35,757 bases of DNA from a virus. Lineage: Duplodnaviria; Caudoviricetes. Below the pieces are notes generated by a model, which worked only from the letters and a program-made list of their open reading frames with translations, was not told the origin of the DNA and ran no database searches. Positions 8,901 through 19,475 of the stretch are shown in pieces. Both the position numbers and the translations under genes were made by a program. Position 1 is the first letter of the stretch. Every line of letters starts with the position of its first letter. The stretch is taken from the IMG/VR virus record IMGVR_UViG_3300032292_000823, positions 1-35,757 of that record; one strand, written 5' to 3'.

Positions 8901-8910
8901 GGCAATCTCG
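8901..8910 (+). promoter_or_regulatory. late-promoter motif GGCAATCTCG
   Basis: 22 nt upstream of tape measure GTG. Confidence 0.72.
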
Positions 8911-8932
8911 GCTATAGGGAGGGCACCGACTT

Positions 8933-11900
8933 GTGGCTGATCAGCTAGGCGTAGCAACGTTACTGATCGGCGTCAACACCAGGGCCGCAGAGGCCGCACT
9001 CAAGGCATTTGTAGACAAAGCTGAGTCTATTCTCAGCTCCGCCAACACCAACGCCTTCAGCGGTCTGGCGAAGGGCGCGGACACTGCAGGCAAGGCAGCA
9101 GGGGAGAAGCTCGCCAAGGGCATCAAGAACGCAGTAACAGGCCTCAAGTTTGACAACATCGAGGAGGCGCTGAACTTCAGCGGCGCTCTTAACGGCACGA
9201 TTGCCGACCTCAAGACCTACAAAGCAGCGTTGCTCGCGCTGCGTGACGCGACCAAGACCACCACCCCCGGCTTCAAAGAGCTGAACGGTGAGATCGAATC
9301 TGTCAGTGCTGCGATCAAATCGCTTAGCAGCAGCACTGACGATCTAAACGACCTACTGAACCGCACGGACGCTTCTCGTTTTGCGGACGACATGAAGTTG
9401 TGGGCTGCGGCCCTGCGCGAGAACGACGCAGCTCTAAGGGATACCGACCGAGCCATCCGTGACGCAAATCGTTCCCTGCGTAACTACGACAAAGCAAGCA
9501 ACGACGCCGTAAGCGCCAGCGAGCGCCAAGCTGCTGCCGCCCGTGAGTTACGCGATGCGTACCTGGGTGTTGCGGGCGCCGCAGTTCAAGCCGCTGCTGG
9601 CGCGGTTGGCACTGCCGCGAAAGTTGGCAAGGGTGCAGTTGGCGCGGTGGGCAACCTTGCAAAAGGTGCCGTCAAAGTCGGCAAGACCGGATACGACATT
9701 GGCGCTGGCCTTGGCATTTTTGATGAGCCCGGCACCGGCCCCTTCGGTCAACAGATCAAAGCAGTATCAGAGCGCTTTAAGTTTGTAGCGGAGCAGGCAA
9801 AGACAACTCGTGGTGTTTTGCTCCGTGTTTTTGAGGGCATTGGTGCAGGCGCCGGCCTCATGGAGCTGGTCAAAAACGCCGATCTCCTTAAAAGCATCCT
9901 CAACAACCTAGGCGGAACAGCAAAGGTTGCAGAACAGGGACTTAATGGTTTAGCCGGCACAACAAACATTGTTGCCAAGGCTTTTAACAGTTTGGAGGGT
10001 GATTGGACAGGCTTGAAGGCCCCAGCTGACAGCTTAATCGGCAACTTGGTCAACGTTGCAGATGGAGCTGCCCAGGCAACTGCAGGTGCTGGCTCCTTGG
10101 CCGACACATTCGCCCAGTTTGGCGTCGAGCTGGGCGGCACAGCACTTGACGCATTGGTCGGCCTAAATTCTCTTCTTGGTCAAGTACCGATTGAAGCTGC
10201 AGGAGTAAGTGCTGCCGTTGCTGCCGCTCTTGCTGTATTCGGCGGTGACCTTCAGAAGCAAGCTGCCTCAGGAATCGGCGAACTGATCAACAAGATCACC
10301 AACCTTGGCAGCAAGGCACTTCAGGTACGGAGCGACCTGCAAACCTTTTACGAAGGCTTGTCTACCAAACCCCAGCTAGCCCTCCCCAGCACAGAGCAAC
10401 TCCAGCCCGAGCGCAACGGCATCAAGCGCCTCGACCCTCAGACCAACTCTCTAATCAACGCTACGACCGAAACTCTCGCACTTCGTAAGGCTGAGCAGGG
10501 TGCTCGGGACGAAGCAGTACGACTAGGTGACGCCCTAGACACCAACCGCAACATCGGCAACCTGCTCCCTAACGCAATCGAGCGTGGGGCCCGCTGGTTC
10601 AAAAAGAACGCTGAGTACGCGCAGCAAGTAGCTGAGTACAGCAAGTCTGCCAAGGACAACCAGCTCAAACCCGCTCTTAACGGCGAGTTCAGCCAAATAC
10701 CAAGACCCTCACAAAACCTCTCAGGTCGCGTAGAGGGCCCAGCCGTCCCACCCCCAGTACGCAAGGACGCTGCCACCAAAGCAAAAGAGGAGGAAGACGC
10801 AGCAAAAAACCTTCGCAATCTCCACCGCCAGGCAGCCGACGAAGTACGCAAACGTCGCCTTGCTCTACAGCAAGCAGCTGCAGAAACCAAAAAGGAAAAC
10901 GACCTACTCAACCAGCAGCGTCAAAAACGCGCCCTTTCCTCCATCGACGAGCAACTGGTGCTCAAGCGCCAGGATCGTGCCGCAAAGGAAAAGAGCGGAT
11001 CTGCTGCTACCCGCCGGTTAAAGGACGCTTCAGGTTCAGCGATTATTGGTGGCGCATTCCCACTGCTCTTCGGCCAGGGTGCGGGCGCAAGTCTTGGCGG
11101 CGGCCTGGGCGGACTTGCCGGTGGTGCTCTTGGCGGTCAGTTTGGCTTCGGCCTCTCGCTGATCGGCACAGCCTTCGGCACCTTTGTTGACGACGCCGTT
11201 AAGAAGACAGGCGCCCTCGTCGATGCCCTCAAGGACCCGATTGCGGGCTTCGAGGCCCTCAAGGAAGCCTCCCTGCTGTCCAGCAAGGGCCTACAAACAA
11301 ACATCGACTCCCTGATCAAGGCAGGTCGAGAGGAGGAGGCTGCGGCACTGATCCGTGGCGACATTGCCAAGCAATTTGGTGACGGCAAGGAGTTCAAGGC
11401 ACTGCAAGACGCTTACGACAGCGTGAGCCGCAACCTCACCAAGCTGGGCGTCTCCATTGTTGACGGCCTAGCCCCAGCCCTTACTACAGCAGCCAACGCG
11501 ATTGCCGACTTCATCGACAAGTTGAGCGGCGTTTCTGTCAAGCGAGCCGGGGCCGACATCCAACAGGCAAAAGCGTTCATCGGCAATGACCCCAGTCGTC
11601 AAGCCGAGTTTGACAAGCTCTTTAAGGAGCAGGGAGGTCAGTACGGATCAGGAGGCAAATTCAAGTTTGACAGTATCGGCGCAGCAGTCAAAGCCTCCCG
11701 TCAACTTCTCGAAAACAACGGCCAGCTCACAGAAGAGCAGAAAGCTCAGGTAAAGGAGGCCAAGGAATATCTAGCGGCTAACGGTCGGACGGTAGCTCTG
11801 CGCAAGCTTGAAAGACAGCTAATTCTGGAGTCTAATTCGGGCAACCGACTGAACACCCTTGAGTACGAAAGGCAGAAGCTTCTATTCGAGCGCACTCGCG

Positions 11901-12799
11901 CCCTCAACCTAGCCCCTGCCAATGACGCGATTGCAGCCGACAAGATCCGTAGCGACTTTGCAGAGAAACTGCTCAAGAATGAGCAGGACATCACCAAGGA
12001 AAAGCGCGACCAGCTTGCCGCCGATGTCGCCTCTCGCAACAAGATTGCTGCCGGCAAAGACCAAGCTTCGATCACCCGCCAGTCGCTGAACCTAAGCGGC
12101 ACTGGCGTCAGCGCCTTACAAGCCAGCGCTTCCTACCGCGAAGCAATCCGTGCCCAGCAAAACGCGCAAGCCGCTCTTAACGCATCTCCTGCTGATCCAG
12201 CAGCAATTCGCAACCTGCGAGAAGCAAGTGCAGCTGTCGAAACCGCGAGCGCCACTGCCCGCACCCAGCTGGTCGAAGCATTCCGCGCTGCCCGGCGCGA
12301 AGCCCAAGACGCCGCATCCTCCCTGCAAGATGCCTACCTCAACCTCCAACAGCTCCGCACCGGCAACAACGGACTCAACAACTACCTCAGCGCCCAGGAT
12401 CGCAGCAACCGCGAAAAGGAAACCTTCAAAGCTCTTCTCCCCCAGTTCGAGTTAGCCAAGCAACAGGCGCGAAACATTCTCGGCAACCAAAATTTTGATC
12501 TCAACTTCGCAGGTACAACCGAAGCGGTCAACCAGAAGATTATCGACTTCATCCGCACAACTCAACAGGAGATGCAAACAGGCAGAGGGCTCAACCGTGC
12601 CCAGGAAGAATTTGTCAAAGCTCAAAACTCTTTGCAGGTTGCCACCGAGCAGCTCACCAACTTCCTACCTGGCGTTCAACAGAGCGCACTAGAAGTAGTT
12701 ACCAGTCTGCAGGCACTGGTTGAAAAACAGTGGAATGTCGGCGTTACGGTGAACCGTGATACCGGAGCCGTTGCAGTTTCCAACGCATACGCACGATGA
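8933..12799 (+). CDS. tail tape measure protein
   Basis: 1288 aa Ala/Gly-rich helical protein with hydrophobic IIGGAFPLLFGQG..GGLGG segment. Confidence 0.9.
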   Translation: MADQLGVATLLIGVNTRAAEAALKAFVDKAESILSSANTNAFSGLAKGADTAGKAAGEKLAKGIKNAVTGLKFDNIEEALNFSGALNGTIADLKTYKAALLALRDATKTTTPGFKELNGEIESVSAAIKSLSSSTDDLNDLLNRTDASRFADDMKLWAAALRENDAALRDTDRAIRDANRSLRNYDKASNDAVSASERQAAAARELRDAYLGVAGAAVQAAAGAVGTAAKVGKGAVGAVGNLAKGAVKVGKTGYDIGAGLGIFDEPGTGPFGQQIKAVSERFKFVAEQAKTTRGVLLRVFEGIGAGAGLMELVKNADLLKSILNNLGGTAKVAEQGLNGLAGTTNIVAKAFNSLEGDWTGLKAPADSLIGNLVNVADGAAQATAGAGSLADTFAQFGVELGGTALDALVGLNSLLGQVPIEAAGVSAAVAAALAVFGGDLQKQAASGIGELINKITNLGSKALQVRSDLQTFYEGLSTKPQLALPSTEQLQPERNGIKRLDPQTNSLINATTETLALRKAEQGARDEAVRLGDALDTNRNIGNLLPNAIERGARWFKKNAEYAQQVAEYSKSAKDNQLKPALNGEFSQIPRPSQNLSGRVEGPAVPPPVRKDAATKAKEEEDAAKNLRNLHRQAADEVRKRRLALQQAAAETKKENDLLNQQRQKRALSSIDEQLVLKRQDRAAKEKSGSAATRRLKDASGSAIIGGAFPLLFGQGAGASLGGGLGGLAGGALGGQFGFGLSLIGTAFGTFVDDAVKKTGALVDALKDPIAGFEALKEASLLSSKGLQTNIDSLIKAGREEEAAALIRGDIAKQFGDGKEFKALQDAYDSVSRNLTKLGVSIVDGLAPALTTAANAIADFIDKLSGVSVKRAGADIQQAKAFIGNDPSRQAEFDKLFKEQGGQYGSGGKFKFDSIGAAVKASRQLLENNGQLTEEQKAQVKEAKEYLAANGRTVALRKLERQLILESNSGNRLNTLEYERQKLLFERTRALNLAPANDAIAADKIRSDFAEKLLKNEQDITKEKRDQLAADVASRNKIAAGKDQASITRQSLNLSGTGVSALQASASYREAIRAQQNAQAALNASPADPAAIRNLREASAAVETASATARTQLVEAFRAARREAQDAASSLQDAYLNLQQLRTGNNGLNNYLSAQDRSNREKETFKALLPQFELAKQQARNILGNQNFDLNFAGTTEAVNQKIIDFIRTTQQEMQTGRGLNRAQEEFVKAQNSLQVATEQLTNFLPGVQQSALEVVTSLQALVEKQWNVGVTVNRDTGAVAVSNAYAR

Positions 12800-13539
12800 C
12801 ACTCACAATCGGCTCCCTCACGTTCACCGCTTTAACGGCGCAGCCCTACGGCTACGACGAGAACGACACCCGCGCCGGCCTGACCGCCCGCAAGTGGAAG
12901 GTAGAGGGCCTATGCACCGCCAGTGAGTGGCAATCGCTGCTTTCCGTGTACGACACCTGGCGCAACACCCGTATCACTGACGCCGACACCAAGACCAGCG
13001 GCGTCATCGGCACGACAGTCGCCCTAAGCGCAACAGCCAACGGCATCACCTTCACGTCCGTCCCCTGCTGGTTCATCAGCGCCCCGAGCGGGGAACAACT
13101 TGGCGCCTACGTCCAGGCCAGCTGCGAACTGGTGGATGCAAACCAGGGACTCCAAGTTCTGCTCCGCGCTGAGGAGAAGAGCAACGAACCACCGTTGCTT
13201 TTCGGCAGCTTTGAGGTCGGCAGCGCCACGATCACCCTCACCCAACCCCCAGCCACATTCCAAGACCTCCCCCCGCTGGCAATGACCGCAGGCGGCACCC
13301 ACTACATAACCGGCGCCCCAGCCATCACCACCCTGTACCAAATCGAGGGTTACTGCGACTCCACCAACTGGGCAGCACTCCAAACCTGGATCAGCACAAC
13401 CGCCTCTTCAGCCACCCGCCCCGCCACCGGCTCCCTGTACCCCCTAAGCATCCCAACCCCCAGCGCTGAGAACGCAATCGAGAACGGCGTCAAGGTGATC
13501 CGTTACAAGGTCTCGATGCAGATTGCGGAGGTGAAGTAA
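12796..13539 (+). CDS. putative distal tail protein
   Basis: ATGA-coupled to tape measure gene; two similar halves (W.VEGLCT..EW..L / YQIEGYCD..NW..L). Confidence 0.6.
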   Translation: MTLTIGSLTFTALTAQPYGYDENDTRAGLTARKWKVEGLCTASEWQSLLSVYDTWRNTRITDADTKTSGVIGTTVALSATANGITFTSVPCWFISAPSGEQLGAYVQASCELVDANQGLQVLLRAEEKSNEPPLLFGSFEVGSATITLTQPPATFQDLPPLAMTAGGTHYITGAPAITTLYQIEGYCDSTNWAALQTWISTTASSATRPATGSLYPLSIPTPSAENAIENGVKVIRYKVSMQIAEVK

Positions 13540-15920
13540 TGGCGATTGACCTCCGCGCCAAGACCTATTGCAACCTGGGGACGATCATCTCGGGTGACTT
13601 TGCGGACGACTACCTACAGAACAGCGGGCTAATCAAAACCGTCGGCAACTTGAAGTTAGACGGCATCCACACCCCCGCTGTCGGCACCCAGATCTACTTT
13701 GCCTACGAAAAGAACGGCAACCTCACCCGCCTCCCTCGCGTGATGCGCGTTCTGAGCAGCTTTGCCGATCCGTACCGCAACACCACGGACATCAGCATGG
13801 GGTGCCTACTGAGCCTGCTCGACCAGCTCAAGCCACCCCCGACCACATTCGAGAACGAAGCAGTAATCGACATCTCCATCCCCCCAGTCAGCGCCAGCAC
13901 CCTCGCCGACTGGGTTTGCACCCAGATAGGACTGGCGCACGGCACCTTCCCCCTCACCAACACCTACGCGCTCAACCGCCTCACCCCAGACAACGGCTTC
14001 ATCGCGTTGCTGAGCGACCTGCTCGTTAGCGAAAGCTACGTCGGCTATCTGGATGAAACCGAGACCCTCCGCTTCATCGACCTAAGCAACGGCAGCACCT
14101 TCGGCCCGCTGCTCAGCAACCAAGAGGTGATCGACGTAGGCGCAATCGGCGCAGGTCAACTCCCAGCCCAGTCAGTTGTCGTCAACTACAGCTCACTCCG
14201 CTTCAAACCCCCAGACCCCTTTGCCTACAACCGGGACTGGGAGCTAGACGAGAGTTTGCTCGGTGCGAATTACACGGTTGCGTACACGCAAGAGGCAAAC
14301 AACGTCACCAGCTCCTACAACTACAACTACTACTACACCAACCTCTCCAGAACCCAAACCTTCTATGACGGTTTGGACCGTGTGTTTAAGCGCGTGGAGA
14401 CCCGCACCCGAAGCTTGGGCGAGGTTAATGGTCAGTGGGTTGGAGCTGCAATGAGCGGCCCTGGCGGTGGCGGTCAGTTCTACGCTACCCAGAATGTAAC
14501 CACAACAGTCACGACCATCAGCGAGTACGTCAGCAACAACGCGGCTGACTACCCGTATTGCAACATGGTGAAGCGGACAACGACAAGCACAGAAGAAGAC
14601 CTGAGAACAGTTGCCGGCACCCTGGGCATCAACACATACCGGCACCCCCAAACCAATGCATTAGCCACCCTCCCCTCCGGCACTGTCGTCACATCTCGCG
14701 TGGTACAGGATTACGACACGATCATTCCTGCCACGACATCTATTGCCAACGAAGCTGGCAAGTTTGAGGACTACATTTACAACACGGGCTCAACAAAGCA
14801 AAAAACCAGCAACTACGCAAGTTCCTACCAGACCCTGCCTGGGCAACAAAGCTTAAGAAGGCGTCTTACTTCGATTGAGAATGCTGCGGCCTCAGCAAGT
14901 TCCTACGACTGGCAGAACGCGATCAATTCGACGATCTACGGATCTGCCGCACTCAGCCTGATCGACAGCACGACTCAGATCGTGACCAACCGGGAGTTTG
15001 GGCTTGAGAAGCGCCCCAGTCTCCAGGACCGCCTCAACTCAGCCAACCGCAAAGGCCCAACCACCGAGAACAAAGCTGAGTTGCAGTGGGTCTACGGCAG
15101 CCCTGCCAGCACCAGCTACATCGAGTTCTCGATGCCTCTTGCATCTGACGACCAGATAGTGAACGGCGCGGTCATTACGTCTGACGCAGGTGCCAAAGCC
15201 CTGCGCTTCGGACGCGCCCAGAACGGACTGCTGCTGGGCAACCGCAACGGGATGAACATGCAGCTCACACCAGAACTGCTCCCAGCTGTTCCCTTTGCAC
15301 CCCTGTACTTCACCGCCAACGGTGCCACCGCCCAGTACCGGGCCAATGCCAACAGCTGGACCTTCGATGCAAGCGGTCTGGTGTGCAGCACCGACGCACT
15401 GTTCTGGGGCGGCATCACGGGCAACAACAACTTCTGGTATCCCACAGCGCCCAACACAACCTCCATCTCCATCTCTGCCACCCCTGCCTACAACCCAAAC
15501 GCCCAGCCGGCAAACACCATCACCACCCCTGCCAACTTCGACCCAACAGCAAGCGACTGGATCAGCACCCTTCTACCCACCAATGAATCCCCAACCTTCC
15601 CCACCAGCGTCACCCCAGCGGCTTCTGCCGCCCCTTACATCCAAACGATCACCCTGACGCCAACAGTGCAGGTGGGATTTAACGCCGCCCGCTTCGACTA
15701 CCCCCTTGCCTTTACCCGCACCCCAGCCCCCACACCCCTGCAGCTTGTCAACAGCTTCACGGGTGAGGATGTGCGATACCCCGTCCCAACACCCCTGCGC
15801 CTAAGCGTTGGAACCCTGGTCGTAATGGACATGGCAGAAGAGGACAACTTCTACGGTTCCTGGAGCCAGCAGAACTACGACTGGAATGCTTATCTCCGTC
15901 CAGGTAAGTGGGGCGCGTAG
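13539..15920 (+). CDS. putative tail tip hub/central tail protein
   Basis: 793 aa Thr/Ser-rich, coupled to upstream gene, canonical position after the distal tail gene. Confidence 0.6.
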   Translation: MAIDLRAKTYCNLGTIISGDFADDYLQNSGLIKTVGNLKLDGIHTPAVGTQIYFAYEKNGNLTRLPRVMRVLSSFADPYRNTTDISMGCLLSLLDQLKPPPTTFENEAVIDISIPPVSASTLADWVCTQIGLAHGTFPLTNTYALNRLTPDNGFIALLSDLLVSESYVGYLDETETLRFIDLSNGSTFGPLLSNQEVIDVGAIGAGQLPAQSVVVNYSSLRFKPPDPFAYNRDWELDESLLGANYTVAYTQEANNVTSSYNYNYYYTNLSRTQTFYDGLDRVFKRVETRTRSLGEVNGQWVGAAMSGPGGGGQFYATQNVTTTVTTISEYVSNNAADYPYCNMVKRTTTSTEEDLRTVAGTLGINTYRHPQTNALATLPSGTVVTSRVVQDYDTIIPATTSIANEAGKFEDYIYNTGSTKQKTSNYASSYQTLPGQQSLRRRLTSIENAAASASSYDWQNAINSTIYGSAALSLIDSTTQIVTNREFGLEKRPSLQDRLNSANRKGPTTENKAELQWVYGSPASTSYIEFSMPLASDDQIVNGAVITSDAGAKALRFGRAQNGLLLGNRNGMNMQLTPELLPAVPFAPLYFTANGATAQYRANANSWTFDASGLVCSTDALFWGGITGNNNFWYPTAPNTTSISISATPAYNPNAQPANTITTPANFDPTASDWISTLLPTNESPTFPTSVTPAASAAPYIQTITLTPTVQVGFNAARFDYPLAFTRTPAPTPLQLVNSFTGEDVRYPVPTPLRLSVGTLVVMDMAEEDNFYGSWSQQNYDWNAYLRPGKWGA

Positions 15921-15929
15921 GAAACCTAG
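15920..15929 (+). promoter_or_regulatory. late-promoter motif GGAAACCTAG
   Basis: At gene boundary, 18 nt before ATG 15948. Confidence 0.78.
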
Positions 15930-15947
15930 ACCATAAGCTCTTGCAGT

Positions 15948-16382
15948 ATGGCTGTCGTCAACCTCCGCGCACCAACAGAGGTAACGGCCAGGTTTGTTGC
16001 ACCGATCATTACCACTACCTCGTCGCTGGTCTTAGAAAATCCGGTCAATAGCGGTCAGATTTACAGGATCACAAAGCTCAACCTCAACGGCCTCACCGGC
16101 TTGGAGCCCGGTTTTTTCGTGGGCTACAACGGATTCCCAGGTGGGGTCACCGTTTCTTTTGTGAAGAACGGAGCAGTCCTCGGTCAGCTAGGCACCTTCA
16201 TCAAATACGGACAATCTCACGAGGTCACTATGGCCGGCTCTACCTTCAACCCTACTGGCTTCTTCAGCTTCTATCTGGAGGAGGGGGTAAGTCTTGTGGT
16301 TGAGTTCGGCCCAAACGCAGATCCCATTGCGTCTTTAGCCGCGCAAGTCACTTACGAAGTCATCGGAGCACCTACGGTATAA
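15948..16382 (+). CDS. hypothetical virion protein (one NP..SGQ.Y.I / YLEEG domain)
   Basis: Long ORF behind a promoter motif; paralogous to both halves of the next gene. Confidence 0.6.
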   Translation: MAVVNLRAPTEVTARFVAPIITTTSSLVLENPVNSGQIYRITKLNLNGLTGLEPGFFVGYNGFPGGVTVSFVKNGAVLGQLGTFIKYGQSHEVTMAGSTFNPTGFFSFYLEEGVSLVVEFGPNADPIASLAAQVTYEVIGAPTV

Positions 16383-16386
16383 ATCC

Positions 16387-17238
16387 ATGGCAAATCCAAA
16401 TCTCAACACCCCAGCTGTAGTAACCGGAAGGCTTGACGGCTTCTTCATCAACAACTCCGGTGACCCCTGGCTGTCCAACCCCGCCGACAGCGGTCAAGTC
16501 TACAGAATTAGCTACCTTGCAATTTTTGCATCCACCACCGGCTACCCAAATCAAACCTTCCGTCTCTACATCGACAAGGGTGGAACAGAGATTGAGCTGA
16601 TGTACCTTGAGGCTTATGATTTTACTGGGGCATTTGATCGTGTTGTCAATGCTGGCTCTTACATCTACTTAGAGGAAGGTGCCAGTCTGTACGGCGTTTC
16701 CGCTCAGAACACATTCGACGCTTTCTACACGATCAGCTACGAGCAGATCGGCGCAGCCGTCTCACTGTTTTCCCCCACTGCTCCAAACCTTGCAAGTCCT
16801 CAGGCAATAACGGGTAGGACAGTATGTCAAACAATTACCGGGGATGGCGTCAACCTCGTCAACCCCAGCGAGAGCGGTCAGGTCTACAAGATCAACTCAC
16901 TCACCTTACAGATGAATAGGGGTAGCTACCAAAACATTATCACCATATTTGTTCTACGGTTTGGAACAGCTATCACCTTCCTTGGAGACTCTGAAGCGGT
17001 TTATGTGGACAGTGCAACCCATGTGATTTCAGACAGAAACCCAATCTATTTGGAGGAGGGTGATGTATTGCAGATCATGCCGGGTTATACGGTAGGCGCA
17101 GGTGAAGACGAAACCAGTGCAATGATCAGCTACGACATCATCGGAAGCCCACCTGCTGACACACTGAAGCTTCAGGTCAACGTAGAGAGAATCTACGACC
17201 CACTTTCCGGCGGGGGCGGCGGCGGACCACCCGCTTAA
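16387..17238 (+). CDS. hypothetical virion protein (two tandem NP..SGQVY.I / IYLEEG domains)
   Basis: Internal duplication visible in the translation. Confidence 0.6.
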   Translation: MANPNLNTPAVVTGRLDGFFINNSGDPWLSNPADSGQVYRISYLAIFASTTGYPNQTFRLYIDKGGTEIELMYLEAYDFTGAFDRVVNAGSYIYLEEGASLYGVSAQNTFDAFYTISYEQIGAAVSLFSPTAPNLASPQAITGRTVCQTITGDGVNLVNPSESGQVYKINSLTLQMNRGSYQNIITIFVLRFGTAITFLGDSEAVYVDSATHVISDRNPIYLEEGDVLQIMPGYTVGAGEDETSAMISYDIIGSPPADTLKLQVNVERIYDPLSGGGGGGPPA

Positions 17239-17247
17239 TTTCCGCCA

Positions 17248-17257
17248 GGCAAGCTAG
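17248..17257 (+). promoter_or_regulatory. late-promoter motif GGCAAGCTAG
   Basis: Intergenic, 15 nt before ATG 17273. Confidence 0.68.
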
Positions 17258-17272
17258 GGAAAAGTCTGCCCC

Positions 17273-17698
17273 ATGGCCCTCACCAGTGCCCTTAGCACCA
17301 AAGAGCTTGAGCGTGTTGCGCTTGCAGCTTATTCGGGCAAGGAGGTCCAAGTCAGCCTGGCGTTTAACGGCACCAGCGGACTGACCGTCGAGGATCAGAC
17401 CTTTGATTGGAACAATGTAAAGATCAGCGGTAACGGCTACCAAGACTTCTTGGTGACGGTGCCTGCCGGTGGTTACGACACTTCCCAGGGACGCTGGGAG
17501 ATCGGCGCACTAGCAGGACCAGACGAGTTCATCAACGCAGAGTTCACTGCTACGGGCGCCGGCTACACCTTCGACAGCGTGTACGTCGTAATCGACAACT
17601 CCATCTACCTGCACAGCCTCCTTAGCGAATCACCAGCAGTGGTGTTGCAGGACGGTCAAGTCATCACCTATCGCATCCAGCTGATCCTCGACAACTAA
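17273..17698 (+). CDS. putative minor tail protein
   Basis: Beta-rich 141 aa (ISGNGY..EFTATG..L.DGQ..Y) in the tail module. Confidence 0.55.
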   Translation: MALTSALSTKELERVALAAYSGKEVQVSLAFNGTSGLTVEDQTFDWNNVKISGNGYQDFLVTVPAGGYDTSQGRWEIGALAGPDEFINAEFTATGAGYTFDSVYVVIDNSIYLHSLLSESPAVVLQDGQVITYRIQLILDN

Positions 17699-19341
17699 TG
17701 TCCACCCAGATTGACATCAACTTAGTTGGTGGTCAGCTTTTAGGGCGTGACGCAAACCAACGCGGCAACAACCGTGGGCAGCAACTCACAAAAGAAAAGG
17801 ACAGTCGGTTAGCTCAGCAGCCCGAGGTTGTCGCCCGGCGCGGCGCTACCGCAATGAAGGGCGAGCGCGGCCAGCTTAGCCAGAAGCGCCCCACCCCAGC
17901 TGCGTTCACATCTTCGGTCTCTACAGACGTAGCGATTGCTCATTTTTGGAGCCGACCTTTCTCCAACTCATCCGGCACCTTTGCCATCAGAACCAGCGAC
18001 GGCACAGAAGTTTCTTGGAGTGCCGTATCTCTAGAAACCTCCGATACGCAACCCCAACAAATAAACACTCTTCCCCTCCAGCAATCGACTTACTTCAACC
18101 GCAACTGGTTGGATCGCAGCACACAACCCCTGATGCTGCCTTACGGCCCAGATAGCGCAGTGGTGTGTTGGATTTCCAGCGGGATTGTGATCGACAACGT
18201 TTATGCCAAGCGGCGCGAACTCACCAGCCACACCGAGACCCCAGTTGCAGGCACCCCCAGTTGGATCCCCTACCTAGGCGGTTTTAGGTTGTCTTGGCCC
18301 CTCAACCCTTTCTACACCGGGCCGGATGACAATAGAATCTCACACTGGACAATATGGACTACATCAGCGACAAACATTCCCCAGTACCCAGACATCCCTG
18401 ACTGGGCCAACGACCTGGACTCAACTTTAGACGTATTTGATTACAGCCTGGTCCCATTTAGCAGCTCATACGAATCTGAACGTGTAGTCCACTGCGCCTT
18501 CATCCAAGGCGCAAGCATCCGCAAGATCCCCACCCCAGCTGGCTTCTCAACCAAAGCTCTACGACTGGTGGATTGGGCGCAACAGAGTGCAGGATCGCAG
18601 GACACGATAGAGACCAGCTCCTCCTACACCGTAACTCGTGAGTTCAGCTGGTTTTTGACTGCGGGCTTTGGCGGCGGCGACGTTTCCCCCTTCCCACCAG
18701 AGCGCAGAAGTTTCACGGCCGGTGGTCCCGGCCCTTTCCTTCCATACGACATCTACAACCATCACAACTTTTCCCCAAGAATTGAAGGTATTAGGGGCAG
18801 TCAAACCATCGACTACAACAACACCCCGCTGTACGGGCCTGCTTACCCCCTGCTTACCGAGGAGTCCGCTCTTTACAAGGATGTAGACCAAAAAAACAAG
18901 ATGCTGGGTTTTCATTACGGACTGGGGTACAGCCAGGCAGATGGTTCTGAAGCGGGTCACGGCTCTACCACAGGCCTCTTCACCCCCGCCATCTACAGCT
19001 ACCTGAACGAATACCTCCCCATCGCCAACGACAACATGCGCACTTACTCCTATGCCAGACAATCACTTATCAGCGTCGGACCAGCCCCAGTCCCCAGCGA
19101 CATGCGAACAGTGGAAATTAACTATGAAGGTACTCAATTCAGACTAGCAAAATCTCCAATCTATTCCGGCCTTACTGTGACATCTGACCTATCCCAGTCC
19201 TACAAATCAGATGCCAAAACCTACCCACTCAATGCTGATAATGGCTTTGTTTCCATAGCCTGGAACTGGAACAACCAGGATTATTGCGCAGCGCAGCTTG
19301 CTGCCCTCGGCTTCACACCTGCAGACCTAGCCCCTTTCTAA
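17698..19341 (+). CDS. hypothetical protein, probably virion/receptor-binding
   Basis: 547 aa, TAATG-coupled, aromatic/Pro-rich, somewhat lower GC than neighbours. Confidence 0.55.
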   Translation: MSTQIDINLVGGQLLGRDANQRGNNRGQQLTKEKDSRLAQQPEVVARRGATAMKGERGQLSQKRPTPAAFTSSVSTDVAIAHFWSRPFSNSSGTFAIRTSDGTEVSWSAVSLETSDTQPQQINTLPLQQSTYFNRNWLDRSTQPLMLPYGPDSAVVCWISSGIVIDNVYAKRRELTSHTETPVAGTPSWIPYLGGFRLSWPLNPFYTGPDDNRISHWTIWTTSATNIPQYPDIPDWANDLDSTLDVFDYSLVPFSSSYESERVVHCAFIQGASIRKIPTPAGFSTKALRLVDWAQQSAGSQDTIETSSSYTVTREFSWFLTAGFGGGDVSPFPPERRSFTAGGPGPFLPYDIYNHHNFSPRIEGIRGSQTIDYNNTPLYGPAYPLLTEESALYKDVDQKNKMLGFHYGLGYSQADGSEAGHGSTTGLFTPAIYSYLNEYLPIANDNMRTYSYARQSLISVGPAPVPSDMRTVEINYEGTQFRLAKSPIYSGLTVTSDLSQSYKSDAKTYPLNADNGFVSIAWNWNNQDYCAAQLAALGFTPADLAPF

Positions 19342-19475
19342 TGACCGCCTCCACCCCCGACATCCAGCAGCTCCTCGACCGGGCCCGGCTCATCTCCGAG
19401 GTAAACCGCAAGCAGGCACTGCTCGCCAGGGAAAACAACACTAAGCTGCTGAAGAACCTGACCTCCCCTAGATAG
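19341..19475 (+). CDS. small hypothetical protein (44 aa, MTASTPDIQQLLDRAR...)
   Basis: TAATG overlap with upstream stop; fills the gap. Confidence 0.55.
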   Translation: MTASTPDIQQLLDRARLISEVNRKQALLARENNTKLLKNLTSPR

